From contig CAXIUT010000230.1 in the NCBI GenBank assembly GCA_964035545.1, positions 1,364,001-1,428,000 on the forward strand: 64,000 nucleotides of DNA, read 5' to 3'. The DNA is from Bugula neritina (taxonomy: Eukaryota > Animalia > Bryozoa). Positions 16,901-34,247 of the stretch are shown here, one piece after another. Every line of letters begins with the position of its first letter. The first letter of the stretch is position 1. Below the pieces are notes generated by a model, which worked only from the letters and a program-made list of their open reading frames with translations, made no database searches and had not been told where the DNA came from. The position numbers and the translations under genes were made by a program.

Positions 16901-19900
16901 ATACACTGCATCATACTGCAACATACTGAAATACACTCGAACATACTGAAGTACACTGAAATACACTGTAACATATTGAAACACATTGCAAAACATCGAA
17001 ATATACTGCAACATACTGAAACATACTGCAACAAACTGAAATACACTGCAACATACTGAAAAACACTATAACATATTGAAATATACTGCATCATACTGAA
17101 ATACACTGCCACACACTGAAGTATACTGTAATATACAGAAATGTACTGTAACATACTGAAACATACGGCAACATACTGAAATGTACTGCAACATACTGAA
17201 ATATACTGTAAGTGGTGCAACATACTGAAATACACTGTGACACACTGAAATACACTGCAACACACTGCAACATACTGCAACATACTGAAATACACTGTAA
17301 CATATTGAAATACACTGCAACATACTGCAACATACTGAACAATACTGGAACATATTGGAATGCACTGCAACACATTGAAATATACTGCAACATACTGAAA
17401 CATACGGCAACATACTGAAATACACTGCAACATACTGCAACATACTAAAATACACTGTAACATACTGAAATATATTGCAACACATTAAAATATACTGCAA
17501 CATACTGAAACATACTGCAACAAACTGAAATACACTGTAACACACTGAAAAACACTGCAATACACTGCAACATACTGAAATACACTGTAACATATTGAAA
17601 TACTCTGCAACATACTGCAACATACTGAAATAAACTGGAACATATTGGAATACACTGCAACACATTGAAATATACTGCAACACGCTGAAACATACGGCAA
17701 CATACTGAGGTATACTGCGACGCCTTAAAATATACTGCAACATACTGAAATATACTGAAACATACTGCAACATGCTGAAATATACTGCAACATACTGAAA
17801 TACACTATAACATATTGAAATATACTGCAACCTACTTAATTACACTCTAACATACTGAAATATGCTGTCGCATACTGAAATACACTGCAACACACTGAAG
17901 TATACTGTAATACACTAAAATGTGATGCAACATACTGAATTATACTGCAACATAGTGCAACATACTGAAATACACAGTTACATATTGAAATACACTGCGA
18001 CACATTGAAATATACTGCAACATACTGAAATATACTGAAACATACTGCAACATGCTGAAATATACTGCAACATACTGAAATACACTATAACATATTGAAA
18101 TATACTGCAACCTACTGAATTACACTCTAACATACTGAAATATGCTGTCGCATACTGAAATACACTGCAACACACTGAAGTATACTGTAATACACTAAAA
18201 TGTGATGCAACATACTGAATTATACTGCAACATAGTGCAACATACTGAAATACACAGTTACATATTGAAATACACTGCGACACATTGAAATATACTGCAA
18301 CATACTGAAATATACTGCAAGATACTGCAACATACTGAAATAGACTGTGACATACTGAAATACACTGCACAATACTGCAAGAAACTGCAACATACTCACA
18401 TACACTGGAACATATTTATATACACTGCAACACATTGAAATATACTGCAACACACGGAACCATTCAGCAACATACCGAAATATACTGCGACACAGTGAAA
18501 AATAAGGCAACATACTGAAATATACTGCAAATGATGCACATACTGAAATACAATGTGACACACTGAAATACACTGCAACATACTGCAACATACTGCAACA
18601 TACTGAAATACACTGTAACATATTGAAATACACTGCATAATACTGCAACATACTGAAATACACTGGAACATATTGATATACACTGCAACGCATTGAAATA
18701 TTCTGTAACATAATGAAACAAACCGGAACATACTGCTACTTAATAAAATGTACTGTAACACACTGAAATATACTGCAAGATACTGAAATATACTGCGACA
18801 CGTTGAAAAATACTGCAACATACTGAAATATACTGCAAGTGGTGCAACATACTGAAATACACTGTGACACACTGAAATACACTGCAACATAATGCAACAT
18901 ACTGTACCATACTGAAATACACTGTAACATATCGAATTACACTGCAACATACTGCAACATACTGAAATATACTGCAACATACTGCAACATACTGAAATAC
19001 ACTGCAACATACTGAATTACATTGCAACACATTAAAATATACTGCAACATACTGAAACATACTGCAACATACCGAAATATACTGCAACATACTGAAATAC
19101 ACATTAACATATTGAAATATACTGCAACATACTGAATTGCTCTCTAACATACTGAAATATGCTGTAGCATACTGAAATACACTGCAACACACTGAAGTAT
19201 ACTGTAATACACTGAAATGTAATGCAACATACTGAATTATACTGCAACATAGTGCAACATAGTGAAATACACCACAACATACTGCAACATACTGAAATAC
19301 ACTGGAATATTTTGAAATACACTGCGACACATTGAAATACACTGCAACATACTGAATTATACTGCAAGATACTGAATCAGACTGTGACATACTGAAGTAC
19401 ACTGCAACATACTGCAAGATACTGCAATATACTGAAATACACTGTAACATACTGAAATACATTGCAACGCATTAAAATATACTGCAACACACTGAAACAT
19501 ACGGCAATATACCGAAATACACTGCGACACCCTGAAAAATACTGTAAATACTGCAACATACTGAGACACACTGGAACATATTGATATACACTGCAACACA
19601 TTGAAATATACTGCAACACACTGAACCATATGGCAACATACCGAAATTAACTGCGACACACTGAAAAATACTGCAACATACGAATTATACTTCAAGTGGT
19701 GCAACATACTGAAATACAATGTGACACACTGAAATACACTGCAACATACTGCAACATACTGAAATATACTGCGACACATTAAAATATACTGCAACATATT
19801 GAAATATACTGAAACATACTGCAACATGCTGAAATATACTGCAACATACTGAAATACACTATAACATATTGAAATATACTGCAACCTACTGAATTACACT

Positions 19901-22900
19901 CTAACATACTGAAATATGCTGTCGCATACTGAAGTATACTGTAATACACTAAAATGTGATGCAACATACTGAATTATACTGCAACATAGTGCAACATACT
20001 GAAATACACAGTTATATATTGAAATACACTGCGACACATTGAAATATACTGCAACATACTGAAATATACTGCAAGATACTGCAACATACTGAAATAGACT
20101 GTGACATACTGAAATACACTGCACAATACTGCAAGAAACTGCAACGTACTGAAATACACCGTAACATATTGAAATACACTGCATCATACTGCAACATACT
20201 CACATACACTGGAACATATTTATATACACTGCAACACATTGAAATATACTGCAACACACGGAACCATTCAGCAACATACCGAAATATACTGCGACACAGT
20301 GAAAAATACGGCAACATACTGAAATATACTGCAAATGATGCACATACTGAAATACAATGTGACACACTGAAATACACTGCAACATACTGCAACATACTGC
20401 AACATACTGAAATACACTGTAACATATTGAAATACACTGCATAATACTGCAACATACTGAAATACACTGGAACATATTGATATACACTGCAACGCATTGA
20501 AATATTCTGTAACATAATGAAACAAACCGGAACATACTGCTACTTAATAAAATGTACTGTAACACACTGAAATATACTGCAAGATACTGAAATATACTGC
20601 AAGTGGTGCAACATACTGAAATACACTGTGACACACTGAAATACACTGCAACATAATGCAACATACTGTACCATACTGAAATACACTGTAACATATCGAA
20701 TTACACTGCAACATACTGCAACATACTGAAATATACTGCAACATACTGCAACATACTGAAATACACTGGAATATTTTGAAATACACTGCGACACATTGAA
20801 ATACACTGCAACATACTGAATTATACTGCAAGATACTGCAAGATACTGAATCAGACTGTGACATACTGAAGTACACTGCAACATACTGCAAGATACTGCA
20901 ATATACTGAAATACACTGTAACATACTGAAATACATTGCAACGCATTAAAATATACTGCAACACCCTGAAACATACGGCAATATACCGAAATACACTGCG
21001 ACACCCTGAAAAATACTGTAAATACTGAAATCTACTGTAAGTGGTGCAACATACTGAAATACACTGTAACACACTGAAAAACACTGCAATACACTGCAAC
21101 ATACTGCAACATACTGAAATACACTGTAACATATTGAAATACTCTGCAACATACTGCAACATACTGAAATAAACTGGAACATATTGGAATACACTGCAAC
21201 ACATTGAAATATACAGCAACACACTGAAACATACGGCAACATACTGAGATATACTGCGACGCCTTAAAATATACTGCAACATACTGAAATATAATGCAAC
21301 ATACTGCAACATACTAAAATACACTGTAACATACTGAAATACATTGCAACACATTAAAATATACTGCAACATACTGAAACATACCGCAACAAACTGAAAT
21401 ACACTGCAACATACTGAAAAACACTATAACATATTGAAATATACTGCAACATACTGAATTACTCTCTAACATACTGAATCATGCTGTAACATATTGAAAT
21501 ACACTGCATCATACTGCAACATACTGAAATACACTCGAACATACTGAAGTACACTGAAATACACTGTAACATATTGAAACACATTGCAAAACATCGAAAT
21601 ATACTGCAACATACTGAAACATACTGCAACAAACTGAAATACACTGCAACATACTGAAAAACACTATAACATATTGAAATATACTGCATCATACTGAAAT
21701 ACACTGCCACACACTGAAGTATACTGTAATATACAGAAATGTACTGTAACATACTGAAACATACGGCAACATACTGAAATGTACTGCAACATACTGAAAT
21801 ATACTGTAAGTGGTGCAACATACTGAAATACACTGTGACACACTGAAATACACTGCAACACACTGCAACATACTGCAACATACTGAAATACACTGTAACA
21901 TATTGAAATACACTGCAACATACTGCAACATACTGAACAATACTGGAACATATTGGAATGCACTGCAACACATTGAAATATACTGCAACATACTGAAACA
22001 TACGGCAACATACTGAAATACACTGCAACATACTGCAACATACTAAAATACACTGTAACATACTGAAATATATTGCAACACATTAAAATATACTGCAACA
22101 TACTGAAACATACTGCAACAAACTGAAATACACTGTAACACACTGAAAAACACTGCAATACACTGCAACATACTGAAATACACTGTAACACACTGAAAAA
22201 CACTGCAATACACTGCAACATACTGCAACATACTGAAATACACTGTAACATATTGAAATACTCTGCAACATACTGCAACATACTGAAATAAACTGGAACA
22301 TATTGGAATACACTGCAACACATTGAAATATACAGCAACACACTGAAACATACGGCAACATACTGAGATATACTGCGACGCCTTAAAATATACTGCAACA
22401 TACTGAAATATAATGCAACATACTGCAACATACTAAAATACACTGTAACATACTGAAATACATTGCAACACATTAAAATATACTGCAACATACTGAAACA
22501 TACCGCAACAAACTGAAATACACTGCAACATACTGAAAAACACTATAACATATTGAAATATACTGCAACATACTGAATTACTCTCTAACATACTGAATCA
22601 TGCTCTAACATATTGAAATACACTGCATCATACTGCAACATACTGAAATACACTCGAACATACTGAAGTACACTGAAATACACTGTAACATATTGAAACA
22701 CATTGCAAAACATCGAAATCTACTGCAACATACTGAAACATACTGCAACAAACTGAAATACACTGCAACATACTGAAAAACACTATAACATATTGAAATA
22801 TACTGCATCATACTGAAATACACTGCCACACACTGAAGTATACTGTAATATACAGAAATGTACTGTAACATACTGAAACATACGGCAACATACTGAAATG

Positions 22901-23470
22901 TACTGCAACATACTGAAATATACTGTAAGTGGTGCAACATACTGAAATACACTGTGACACACTGAAATACACTGCAACACACTGCAACATACTGCAACAT
23001 ACTGAAATACACTGTAACATATTGAAATACACTGCAACATACTGCAACATACTGAACAATACTGGAACATATTGGAATGCACTGCAACACATTGAAATAT
23101 ACTGCAACATACTGAAACATACGGCAACATACTGAAATACACTGCAACATACTGCAACATACTAAAATACACTGTAACATACTGAAATATATTGCAACAC
23201 ATTAAAATATACTGCAACATACTGAAACATACTGCAACAAACTGAAATACACTGTAACACACTGAAAAACACTGCAATACACTGCAACATACTGAAATAC
23301 ACTGTAACATATTGAAATACTCTGCAACATACTGCAACATACTGAAATAAACTGGAACATATTGGAATACACTGCAACACATTGAAATATACTGCAACAC
23401 GCTGAAACATACGGCAACATACTGAGGTATACTGCGACGCCTTAAAATATACTGCAACATACTGAAATAT
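11542..23470. repeat. Tandem higher-order repeat, unit 4598 bp (about 2.3 copies); the third copy carries an internal 1119-bp duplication
   Basis: Identical or near-identical ORFs at offset 4598 (11655/16253/20851, 12263/16861/21459, 14759/19357) and at offset 5717 = 4598+1119 (17445/23162). Confidence 0.9.
21047..23309. repeat. 1119-bp tandem duplication within the satellite
   Basis: ORF pairs 21689/22808 and 21810/22929. Sequence at 21052 recurs at 22171. Confidence 0.85.
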
Positions 23471-23779
23471 AATGCAACATACTGCAACATACTAAAACAC
23501 ACTGTAACATACTGAAATACATTGCAACACATTAAAATATACTGCAACATACTGAAACATACTGCAACAAACTGAAATACACTGCAACATACTAAAAAAC
23601 ACTATAAGATATTGAAATATACTGCAACATACTGAATTACTCTCTAACATACTGAAATATGCTGTAGCATACTGAAATACACTGCAAGACACTGAAGTAT
23701 ACTGCAATATACTGAAATGTACTGCAACATTCTGAATTATACTGCAACATACTGCAACATACTGAAATACACTGTAACA

Positions 23780-26700
23780 TAAAGAAATATGCTGTAGCAC
23801 ACTGAAATACACTGCAACACACTGAAGTATACTATAATATACTGAAATGTCCTGCAACATACCGAAATAAACTGCAATGCATTGAATTACACTGTGACAT
23901 ATTGAAATATACCACAACATACTGAAATGTAGTGTAATATGCAGAAATGTACTGTAACATACTGAGATATACTGTAACACACTGAAATATAGTCTAACAT
24001 ACCGAAATACACTGTAACGTACTGAAATATACTGCAACATACTGCAACATACTGAATTACACTTGAACATAGTGAAATACACTGCAACACATTGAAATAT
24101 ACTGCAACATATCGAAATGAATGGTAAACTAGTGAAATATACTGTAACATAATGAAAGATACCGGAACATACTGCAAAATAACAAAACATATTGCAACAC
24201 ATTGAAATATACGGCAACATACCGAAATATACTGCGACACGTTGAAAAATACTGCAACATACTGAAATATATTGCAAGTGGTGCAACATACTGAAATAAA
24301 CTGTGACACACTGAAATACACTGCAACATACTGCAACATACTGCAACATACTGAAATTTACTGCGACACATTAAAATATACTGCAACATACTGCAACATA
24401 CTGCAACATACTGAAATACTCTGAAATATATCGAAATACACTGCAATATACTGCAACATACTGAAATACACTGGAACATAATGGAATACACTGCAACACA
24501 TTGAAATATACTGCAACACACTGAAACATAAGGTAACACAATGAAGTATACTGCAACACATTAAATTAAACTGCAACACACTGAAATATACTGCAACATA
24601 CTGAAATGTAATGTAATATACAGAAATGTACTGTAACATACTGAAATATACTGTAACAGACTGAAATATACTCTAACATACCGAAATACACTGTAACATA
24701 CTCAAATATACTGCAACATACTGCAACATACTGAAGTACACTTGAACGTAATGAAATACACTGCAACCCATTGATATATACTGCAACATTTCGAAATGAA
24801 TGGTAAACTAGTGAAATATACTGTAACATAATGAAACATACCGGAACATACTGCAACTTAATAAAATGTACTGTAACACACTGAAATGTACTGCAAGATA
24901 CTGAAATATACTGCGACACGTTGAAAAATACTGCAACATACTGAAATATACTGCAAGTGGTGCAACATACTGAAATACACAGTGACACACTGAAATACAC
25001 TGCAACATAATGCAACATACTGTACCATACTGAAATACACTGTAACATATCGAATTACACTGCAACATACTGCAACATACTGAAATATACTGCAACATAC
25101 TGCAACATACTGAAATACACTGCAACATACTGAATTACTGTACATTGCAACACATTAAAATATACTGCAACATACTGAATTACTCTCTAACATATTGAAA
25201 TATGCTGTAGCATACTGAAATACACTGCAACACACTGAAGTATACTGTAATACACTGAAATGTAATGCAACATACTGAATTATACTGCAACATAGTGCAA
25301 CATAGTGAAATGCACCACAACATACTGCAACATACTGAAATACACTGGAACATTTTGAAATACGCTGCGACACATTGAAATACACTGCAACATACTGAAT
25401 TATACTGCAAGATACTGCAACATACTGAATCAGACTGTGACATACTGAAGGACACTGCAACATACTGCAAGATACTGCAATATACTGAAATACACTGTAA
25501 CATACTGAAATACATTGCAACGCATTAAAATATACTGCAACACACTGAAACATACGGCAATATACCGAAATACACTGCGACACCCTGAAAAATACTGTAA
25601 ATACTGAAATCTACTGTAAGTGGTGCAACATACTGAAATACACTGTAACACACTGAACAACACTGAAATACACTGCAACATACTGCAACATACTGAAATA
25701 CACTGTAACATATTGAAATACTCTGCAACCTACTGCAACATACTGAAATAAACTGGAACATATTGGAATACACTGCAACACATTGAAATATACTGCAACA
25801 CACTGAAACATACGGCAACATACTGAGATATACTGCGAAGCCTTAAAATATACTGCAACATACTGAAATATAATGCAACATACTGCAACATACTAAAATA
25901 CACTATAACATACTGAAATACATTGCAACACATTAAAATATACTGCAACATACTGAAACATACTGCAACAAACTGAAATACACTGCAAGAAACTGAAAAA
26001 CACTATAACATATTGAAATATACTGCAACATACTGAATTACTCTCTAACATACTGGAATATGCTGTAGCATACTGAAATACACTGCAAGGCACCGAAGTA
26101 TACTGCAATATACTGAAATGTACTGCAACATTCTGAATTATACTGCAACATACTGCAACATACTGAAATACACTGTAACATATTGAAATACACTGCGACA
26201 CATTAAAATATACTGCAACACACTGAAACATAGGGCAACATACCGAAGTATACTGCGACACGTTGAAAAATACTGCAACATACTGAAATATACTGCAAGT
26301 GGTGCAACATACTGAAATAAACTGTGACACACTGAATTCCACTGCAACATACTGCAACATTTTGCAACATGCTGAAATATACTGGGACACATCAAAATAT
26401 ACTGCAACATACTGAAATATACTGGAACATACTGCAACATACTAAAATATACTGCAACATACTGAAACATACTGCAACTTACTGAAATATACTGCAACTT
26501 ACTGAAATACACTATAAAATATTGAAATATACTGCAACATACTCAATTACACTCTAATATACTGAAGTATGCTGTAGCATACTGAAATACACTGCAACGC
26601 ACTGAAGTATACTGTAATACACTGAAAAGTAATGCAACATGCTAAATTATACTGCAACATACTGCAACATAGTGAAATACACTACACATACTGCAACATA

Positions 26701-29100
26701 CTGAAATACACAGGAACATATTTAAATACACTGCGACACATTGAAATATACTGCAGCATACTGAAATATACTGTAACATAAAGAAATATGCGGTAGCACA
26801 CTGAAATACACTGCAACACACTGAAGTATACTATAATATACTGAAATGTACTGCAACATACCGAAATATACTGCAACGCATTGAATTACACTGTGACATA
26901 TTGAAATATACCACAACATACTGAAATGTAGTGTAATATGCAGAAATGTACTGTAACATACTGAAATATACTGTAACACACTGAAATATACTCTAACATA
27001 CCGAAATACACTGTAACATACTGAAATATACTGCAACATACTGCAACATACTGAATTACACTTGAACATAATGAAATACACTGCAACACATTGAAATATA
27101 CTGCAACATATCGAAATGAATGGTAAACTAGTGAAATATACTGTAACATAATGAAACATACCGGAACATACTGCAAAATAACAAAACATATTGCAACACA
27201 TTGAAATATACGGCAACATACCGAAATATACTGCGACACGTTGAAAAATACTGCAACATACTGAAATATATTGCAAGTGGTGCAACATACTGAAATAAAC
27301 TGTGACACACTGAAATACACTGCAACATACTGCAACATACTGAAATTTACTGCGACACATTAAAATATACTGCAACATACTGCAACATACTGCAACATAC
27401 TGAAATACTCTGAAATATATCGAAATACACTGCAATATACTGCAACATACTGAAATACACTGGAACATAATGGAATACACTGCAACGCATTGAAATATAC
27501 TGCAACACACTGAAACATAAGGTAACACAATGAAGTATTTTGGAACACATTAAATTAAACTGCAACACACTGAAATATACTGCAACATACTGAAATGTAA
27601 TGTAATATACAGAAATGTACTGTAACATACTGAAATATACTGTAACAGACTGAAATACACTCTAACATACCGAAATACACTGTAACATACTCAAATATAC
27701 TGCAACATACTGCAACATACTGAAGTACACTTGAACGTAATGAAATACACTGCAACCCATTGATATATACTGCAACATTTCGAAATGAATGGTAAACTAG
27801 TGAAATATACTGTAACATAATGAAACATACCGAAACATACTGCAACTTAATAAAATGTACTGTAATACACTGAAATATACTGCAAGATACTGAAATATAC
27901 TGCGACACGTTGAAAAATACTGCAACATACTGAAATATACTGCAAGTGGTGCAACATACTGAAATACACAGTGACACACTGAAATACACTGCAACATAAT
28001 GCAACATACTGTACCATACTGAAATACACTGTAACATATCGAATTACACTGCAACATACTGCAACATACTGAAATATACTGCAACATACTGCAACATACT
28101 GAAATACACTGCAACATACTGAATTACTGTACATTGCAACACATTAAACTATACTGCAACATACTGAATTACTCTCTAACATATTGAAATATGCTGTAGC
28201 ATACTGAAATACACTGCAACACACTGAAGTATACTGTAATACACTGAAATGTAATGCAACATACTGAATTATACTGCAACATAGTGCAACATAGTGAAAT
28301 ACACCACAACATACTGCAACATACTGAAATACACTTGAACATTTTGAAATACACTGCGACACATTGAAATACACTGCAACATACTGAATTATACTGCAAG
28401 ATACTGCAACATACTGAATCAGACTGTGACATACTGAAGGACACTGCAACATACTGCAAGATACTGCAATATACTGAAATACACTGTAACATACTGAAAT
28501 ACATTGCAACGCATTAAAATATACTGCAACACACTGAAACATACGGCAATATACCGAAATACACTGCGACACCCTGAAAAATACTGTAAATACTGAAATC
28601 TACTCTAAGTGGTGCAACATACTGAAATACACTGTAACACACTGAAAAACACTGAAATACACTGCAACATACTGCAACATACTGAAATACACTGTAACAT
28701 ATTGAAATACTCTGCAACATACTGCAACATACTGAAATAAACTGGAACATATTGGAATACACTGCAACACATTGAAATATACTGCAACACACTGAAACAT
28801 ACGGCAACATACTGAGATATACTGCGACGCCTTAAAATATACTGCAACATACTGAAATATAATTCAACATACTGCAACATACTAAAATACACTGTAACAT
28901 ACTGAAATACATTGCAACACATTAAAATATACTGCAACATACTGAAACATACTGCAACAAACTGAAATACACTGCAAGAAACTGAAAAACACTATAACAT
29001 ATTGAAATATACTGCAACATACTGAATTACTCTCTAACATACTGGAATATGCTGTAGCATACTGAAATACACTGCAAGGCACAGAAGAAATACTGCAATA
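23780..29100. repeat. Higher-order duplication, period about 2999/2989 bp, more diverged than the left-hand repeats
   Basis: ORF pairs 23887/26886 (2999) and 24566/27555, 25155/28144, 25525/28514 (2989), with scattered substitutions. Confidence 0.8.
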
Positions 29101-32100
29101 TACTGAAATGTACTGCAACATTCTGAATTATACTGCAACATACTGCAACATACTGAAATACACTGTAACATAAAGAAATATGCGGTAGCACACTGAAATA
29201 CACTGCAACACACTGAAGTATACTATAATATACTGAAATGTACTGCAACATACCGAAATATACTGCAACGCATTGAATTACACTGTGACATATTGAAATA
29301 TACCACAACATACTGAAATGTAGTGTAATATGCAGAAGTGTACTGTAACATACTGAAATATACTGTAACACACTGAAATATAGTCTAACATACCGAAATA
29401 CACTGTAACATACTGAAATATACTGCAACATACTGCAACATACTGAATTACGCTTGAACATAGTGAAATACACTGCAAAACATTGAAATATGCTGCAACA
29501 TATCGAAATGAATGGTAAACTAGTGAAATATACTGTAACATAATGAAACATACCGGAAGATACTGCAAAATAACAAAACATATTGCAACACATTGAAATA
29601 TACGGCAACATACCGAAATATACTGCGACACGTTGAAAAATACTGCAACATACTGAAATATATTGCAAGTGGTGCAGCATACTGAAATAAACTGTGACAC
29701 ACTGAAATACACGGCAACATACTGCAACATACTGCAACATACTGCAACATACTGAAATTTACTGCGACACATTAAAATATACTGCAACATACTGCAACAT
29801 ACTGCAACATACTGAAATACACTGAAATATATCGAAATACACTGCAACATACTGCAACATACTGAAATACACTGGAACATAATGGAATACACTGCAACAC
29901 ATTGAAATATACTGCAACACACTGAAACATAAGGTAACACAATGAAGTATACTGCAACACATTAAGTTAAACTGCAACACACTGAAATATACTGCAACAT
30001 ACTGAAATGTAATGTAATATACAGAAATGTACTGTAACATACTGAAATATACTGTAACAGACTGAAATATACTCTAACATACCGAAATACACTGTAACAT
30101 ACTCAAATATGCAGCAACATACTGCAACATACTGAAGTACACTTGAACGTAATGAAATACACTGCAACCCATTGATATATACTGCAACATTTCGAAATGA
30201 ATGGTAAACTAGTGAAATATACTGTAACATAATGAAACATACCGGAACATACTGCAACATAATAAAATATACTGTAACACACTGAAATATACTGCAATAC
30301 CTTGAAAAATACTGCAACATACTTAAACATATGGCAACATACTGAAATATAGTGCAACATACTGAAATACACTCTAACATATTGAAATATGCTGTAGCAT
30401 ATTGAAATACACTGCCACACACTGAAGTATACTGTAATAAACAGAAATGTACTGTAACATACTGAAACATACGGCAACATACTGAAATACACTGCAACAT
30501 ACTGCAACATACTAAAATACACTGTAACATACTGAAATACATTGCAACACATTGAAATATACTGCAACATACTGAAACATACTGTAACAAACTGAAATAC
30601 ACTGCAACATACTGAAAACCACTATAACATTTTGAAACATACTACAACATACTGAATTTTTCTCTAACATACTGAAATATGCTGTGGCATACTGAAATAC
30701 ACTGCAACATACTGAAGTATACTGCAATATACTGAAATGTACTGCAACATACTGAATTATGCTGTAACATACTGAAATGTAATGCAACATACTGAATTAT
30801 ACTGCAACATACTGCAACATACTGAAATACACAGTTACATATTGAAATACACTACGACACATTGAAATATACTGCAACATACTGAAATATACTGCAAGAT
30901 ACTGCAACATACTGAAATAGACTGTGACATACTGAAATACACTGCACAAAACTGCAAGAAACTGCAACATACTAAAATACACTGTAACATATTCAAATAC
31001 ACTGCATCATACTGCAACATACTCACATACACTGGAACATATTCATATACACTGCAACACATTGAAATATACTGCAACACACGGAACCATTCGGCAACAT
31101 ACCGAAATATACTGCGACACAGTGAAAAATACAGCAACATACTGAAATATACTGCAAATGATGCACATACTGAAATACAATGTGACACACTGAAATACAC
31201 TGCAACATACTGCAACATACTGAAATACACTGTAACATATTGAAATACACTGCATGATACTGCAACATACTGAAATACACTGGAACATATTGATATACAC
31301 TGCAACACATTGAAATATACTGTAACATAATGAAACATACCGGAACATACTGCAACGTAATAAAATATAGTGTAACACACTGAAATATACGGCAACATAC
31401 CGAAATATACTGCGACACGTTGAAAAATACTGCAACATACAGAAATATACTGCAAGTGGTGCAACATACTGAAATACACTGTGACACCCTGAAATACGCT
31501 GCAACATAATGCAACATACTGTACCATACTGAAATACACTGTAACATATCGAATTACACTGCAACATACTGCAACATACTGAAATATACTGCAACATACT
31601 GCAACATACTGAAATACACTGCAACATACTGAATTACTGTACATTGCAACACATTAAAATATACTGCAACATACTGAATTACTCTCTAACATATTGAAAT
31701 ATGCTGTAGCATACTGAAATACACTGCAACACACTGAACTATACTGTAATACACTGAAATGTAATGCAACATACTGAATTATACTGCAACATAGTGCAAC
31801 ATAGTGAAATACACCACAACATACTGCAACATACTGAAATACACTGGAACATTTTGAAATACACTGCGACACATTGAAATACACTGCAACATACTGAATT
31901 ATACTGCAAGATACTGCAACATACTGAATCAGACTGTGACATACTTAAGGACACTGCAACATACTGCAAGATACTGCAATATACTGAAATACACTGTAAC
32001 ATACTGAAATACATTGCAACGCATTAAAATATACTGCAACACACTGAAACATACGGCAATATACCGAAATACACTGCGACACCCTGAAAAATACTGTAAA

Positions 32101-34200
32101 TACTGAAATCTACTGTAAGTGGTGCAACATACTGAAATACACTGTAACACACTGAAAAACACTGAAATACACTGCAACATACTGCAACATACTGAAATAC
32201 ACTGTAACATATTCAAATACTCTGCAACATACTGCAACATACTGAAATAAACTGGAACATATTGGAATACACTGCAACACATTGAAATATACTGCAACAC
32301 ACTGAAACATACGGCAACATACTGAGATATACTGCGACGCCTTAAAATATACTGCAACATACTGAAATATAATGCAACATACTGCAACATACTAAAATAC
32401 ACTGTAACATACTGAAATACATTGCAACACATTAAAATATACTGCAACATACTGAAACATACTGCAACAAACTGAAATACACTGCAAGAAACTGAAAAAC
32501 ACTATAACATATTGAAATATACTGCAACATACTGAATTACTCTCTAACATACTGGAATATGCTGTAGCATACTGAAATACACTGCAAGGCACTGAAGTAT
32601 ACTGCAATATACTGAAATGTACTGCAACATTCTGAATTATACTGCAACATACTGCAACATACTGAAATACACTGTAACATAAAGAAATATGCGATAGCAC
32701 ACTGAAATACACTGCAACACACTGAAGTATACTATAATATACTGAAATGTACTGCAACATACCGAAATATACTGCAACGCATTGAATTACACTGTGACAT
32801 ATTGAAATATACCACAACATACTGAAATGTAGTGTAATATGCAGAAGTGTACTGTAACATACTGAAATATACTGTAACACACTGAAATATAGTCTAACAT
32901 ACCGAAATACAGTGTAACATACTGAAATATACTGCAACATACTGCAACATACTGAATTACGCTTGAACATAGTGAAATACACTGCAACACATTGAAATAT
33001 ACTGCAACATATCGAAATGAATGGTAAACTAGTGAAATATACTGTAACATAATGAAACATACCGGAAGATACTGCAAAATAACAAAACATATTGCAACAC
33101 ATTGAAATATACGGCAACATACCGAAATATACTGCGACACGTTGAAAAATACTGCAACATACTGAAATATATTGCAAGTGGTGCAGCATACTGAAATAAA
33201 CTGTGACACACTGAAATACACGGCAACATACTGCAACATACTGCAACATACTGCAACATACTGAAATTTACTGCGACACATTAAAATATACTGCAACATA
33301 CTGCAACATACTGCAACATACTGAAATACACTGAAATATATCGAAATACACTGCAACATACTGCAACATACTGAAATACACTGGAACATAATGGAATACA
33401 CTGCAACACATTGAAATATACTGCAACACACTGAAACATAAGGTAACACAATGAAGTATACTGCAACACATTAAGTTAAACTGCAACATACTGAAATGTA
33501 ATGTAATATACAGAAATGTACTGTAACATACTGAAATATACTGTAACAGACTGAAATATACTCTAACATACCGAAATACACTGTAACATACTCAAATATG
33601 CAGCAACATACTGCAACATACTGAAGTACACTTGAACGTAATGAAATACACTGCAACCCATTGATATATACTGCAACATTTCGAAATGAATGGTAAACTA
33701 GTGAAATATACTGTAACATAATGAAACATACCGGAACATACTGCAACATAATAAAATATACTGTAACACACTGAAATATACTGCAATACCTTGAAAAATA
33801 CTGCAACATACTTAAACATATGGCAAGATACTGAAATATAGTGCAACATACTGAAATACACTCTAACATATCGAAATATGCTGTAGCATATTGAAATACA
33901 CTGCCACACACTGAAGTATACTGTAATAAACAGAAATGTACTGTAACATACTGAAACATACGGCAACATACTGAAATACACTGCAACATACTGCAACATA
34001 CTAAAATACACTGTAACATACTGAAATACATTGCAACACATTGAAATATACTGCAACATACTGAAACATACTGTAACAAACTGAAATACACTGCAACATA
34101 CTGAAAACCACTATAACATTTTGAAACATACTACAACATACTGAATTTTTCTCTAACACACTGAAATATGCTGTGGCATACTGAAATACACTGCAACATA
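27950..34200. repeat. Higher-order duplication, period about 3510/3509/3489 bp
   Basis: ORF pairs 28600/32110 and 28882/32392 (3510), 29278/32787 (3509), 30103/33592 (3489). Confidence 0.8.
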
Positions 34201-34247
34201 CTGCAACATACTGAAATACACTGGAACATAATGGAATACACTGCAAC

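Larger units (their letters stand above)
1..34247. repeat. 10-bp satellite array (monomers CATACTGAAA / TAC(T)ACTGCAA / ACTGCAACAT), transposon-free block, open at the left edge
   Basis: Continuous 10-bp periodicity is visible in the 10-column layout. The register shifts only at rare recurrent 9-bp or +3 variants such as CTGCAAGTGGTGCAAC. Confidence 0.98.

Noticed and set aside
1-34247. Link to germline-restricted satellites of programmed DNA elimination (the minus strand contains TTGCA, as in the Parascaris pentamer)
   Set aside because: A 5-bp match is uninformative. Germline versus soma coverage would be needed, and nothing in the sequence supports it.
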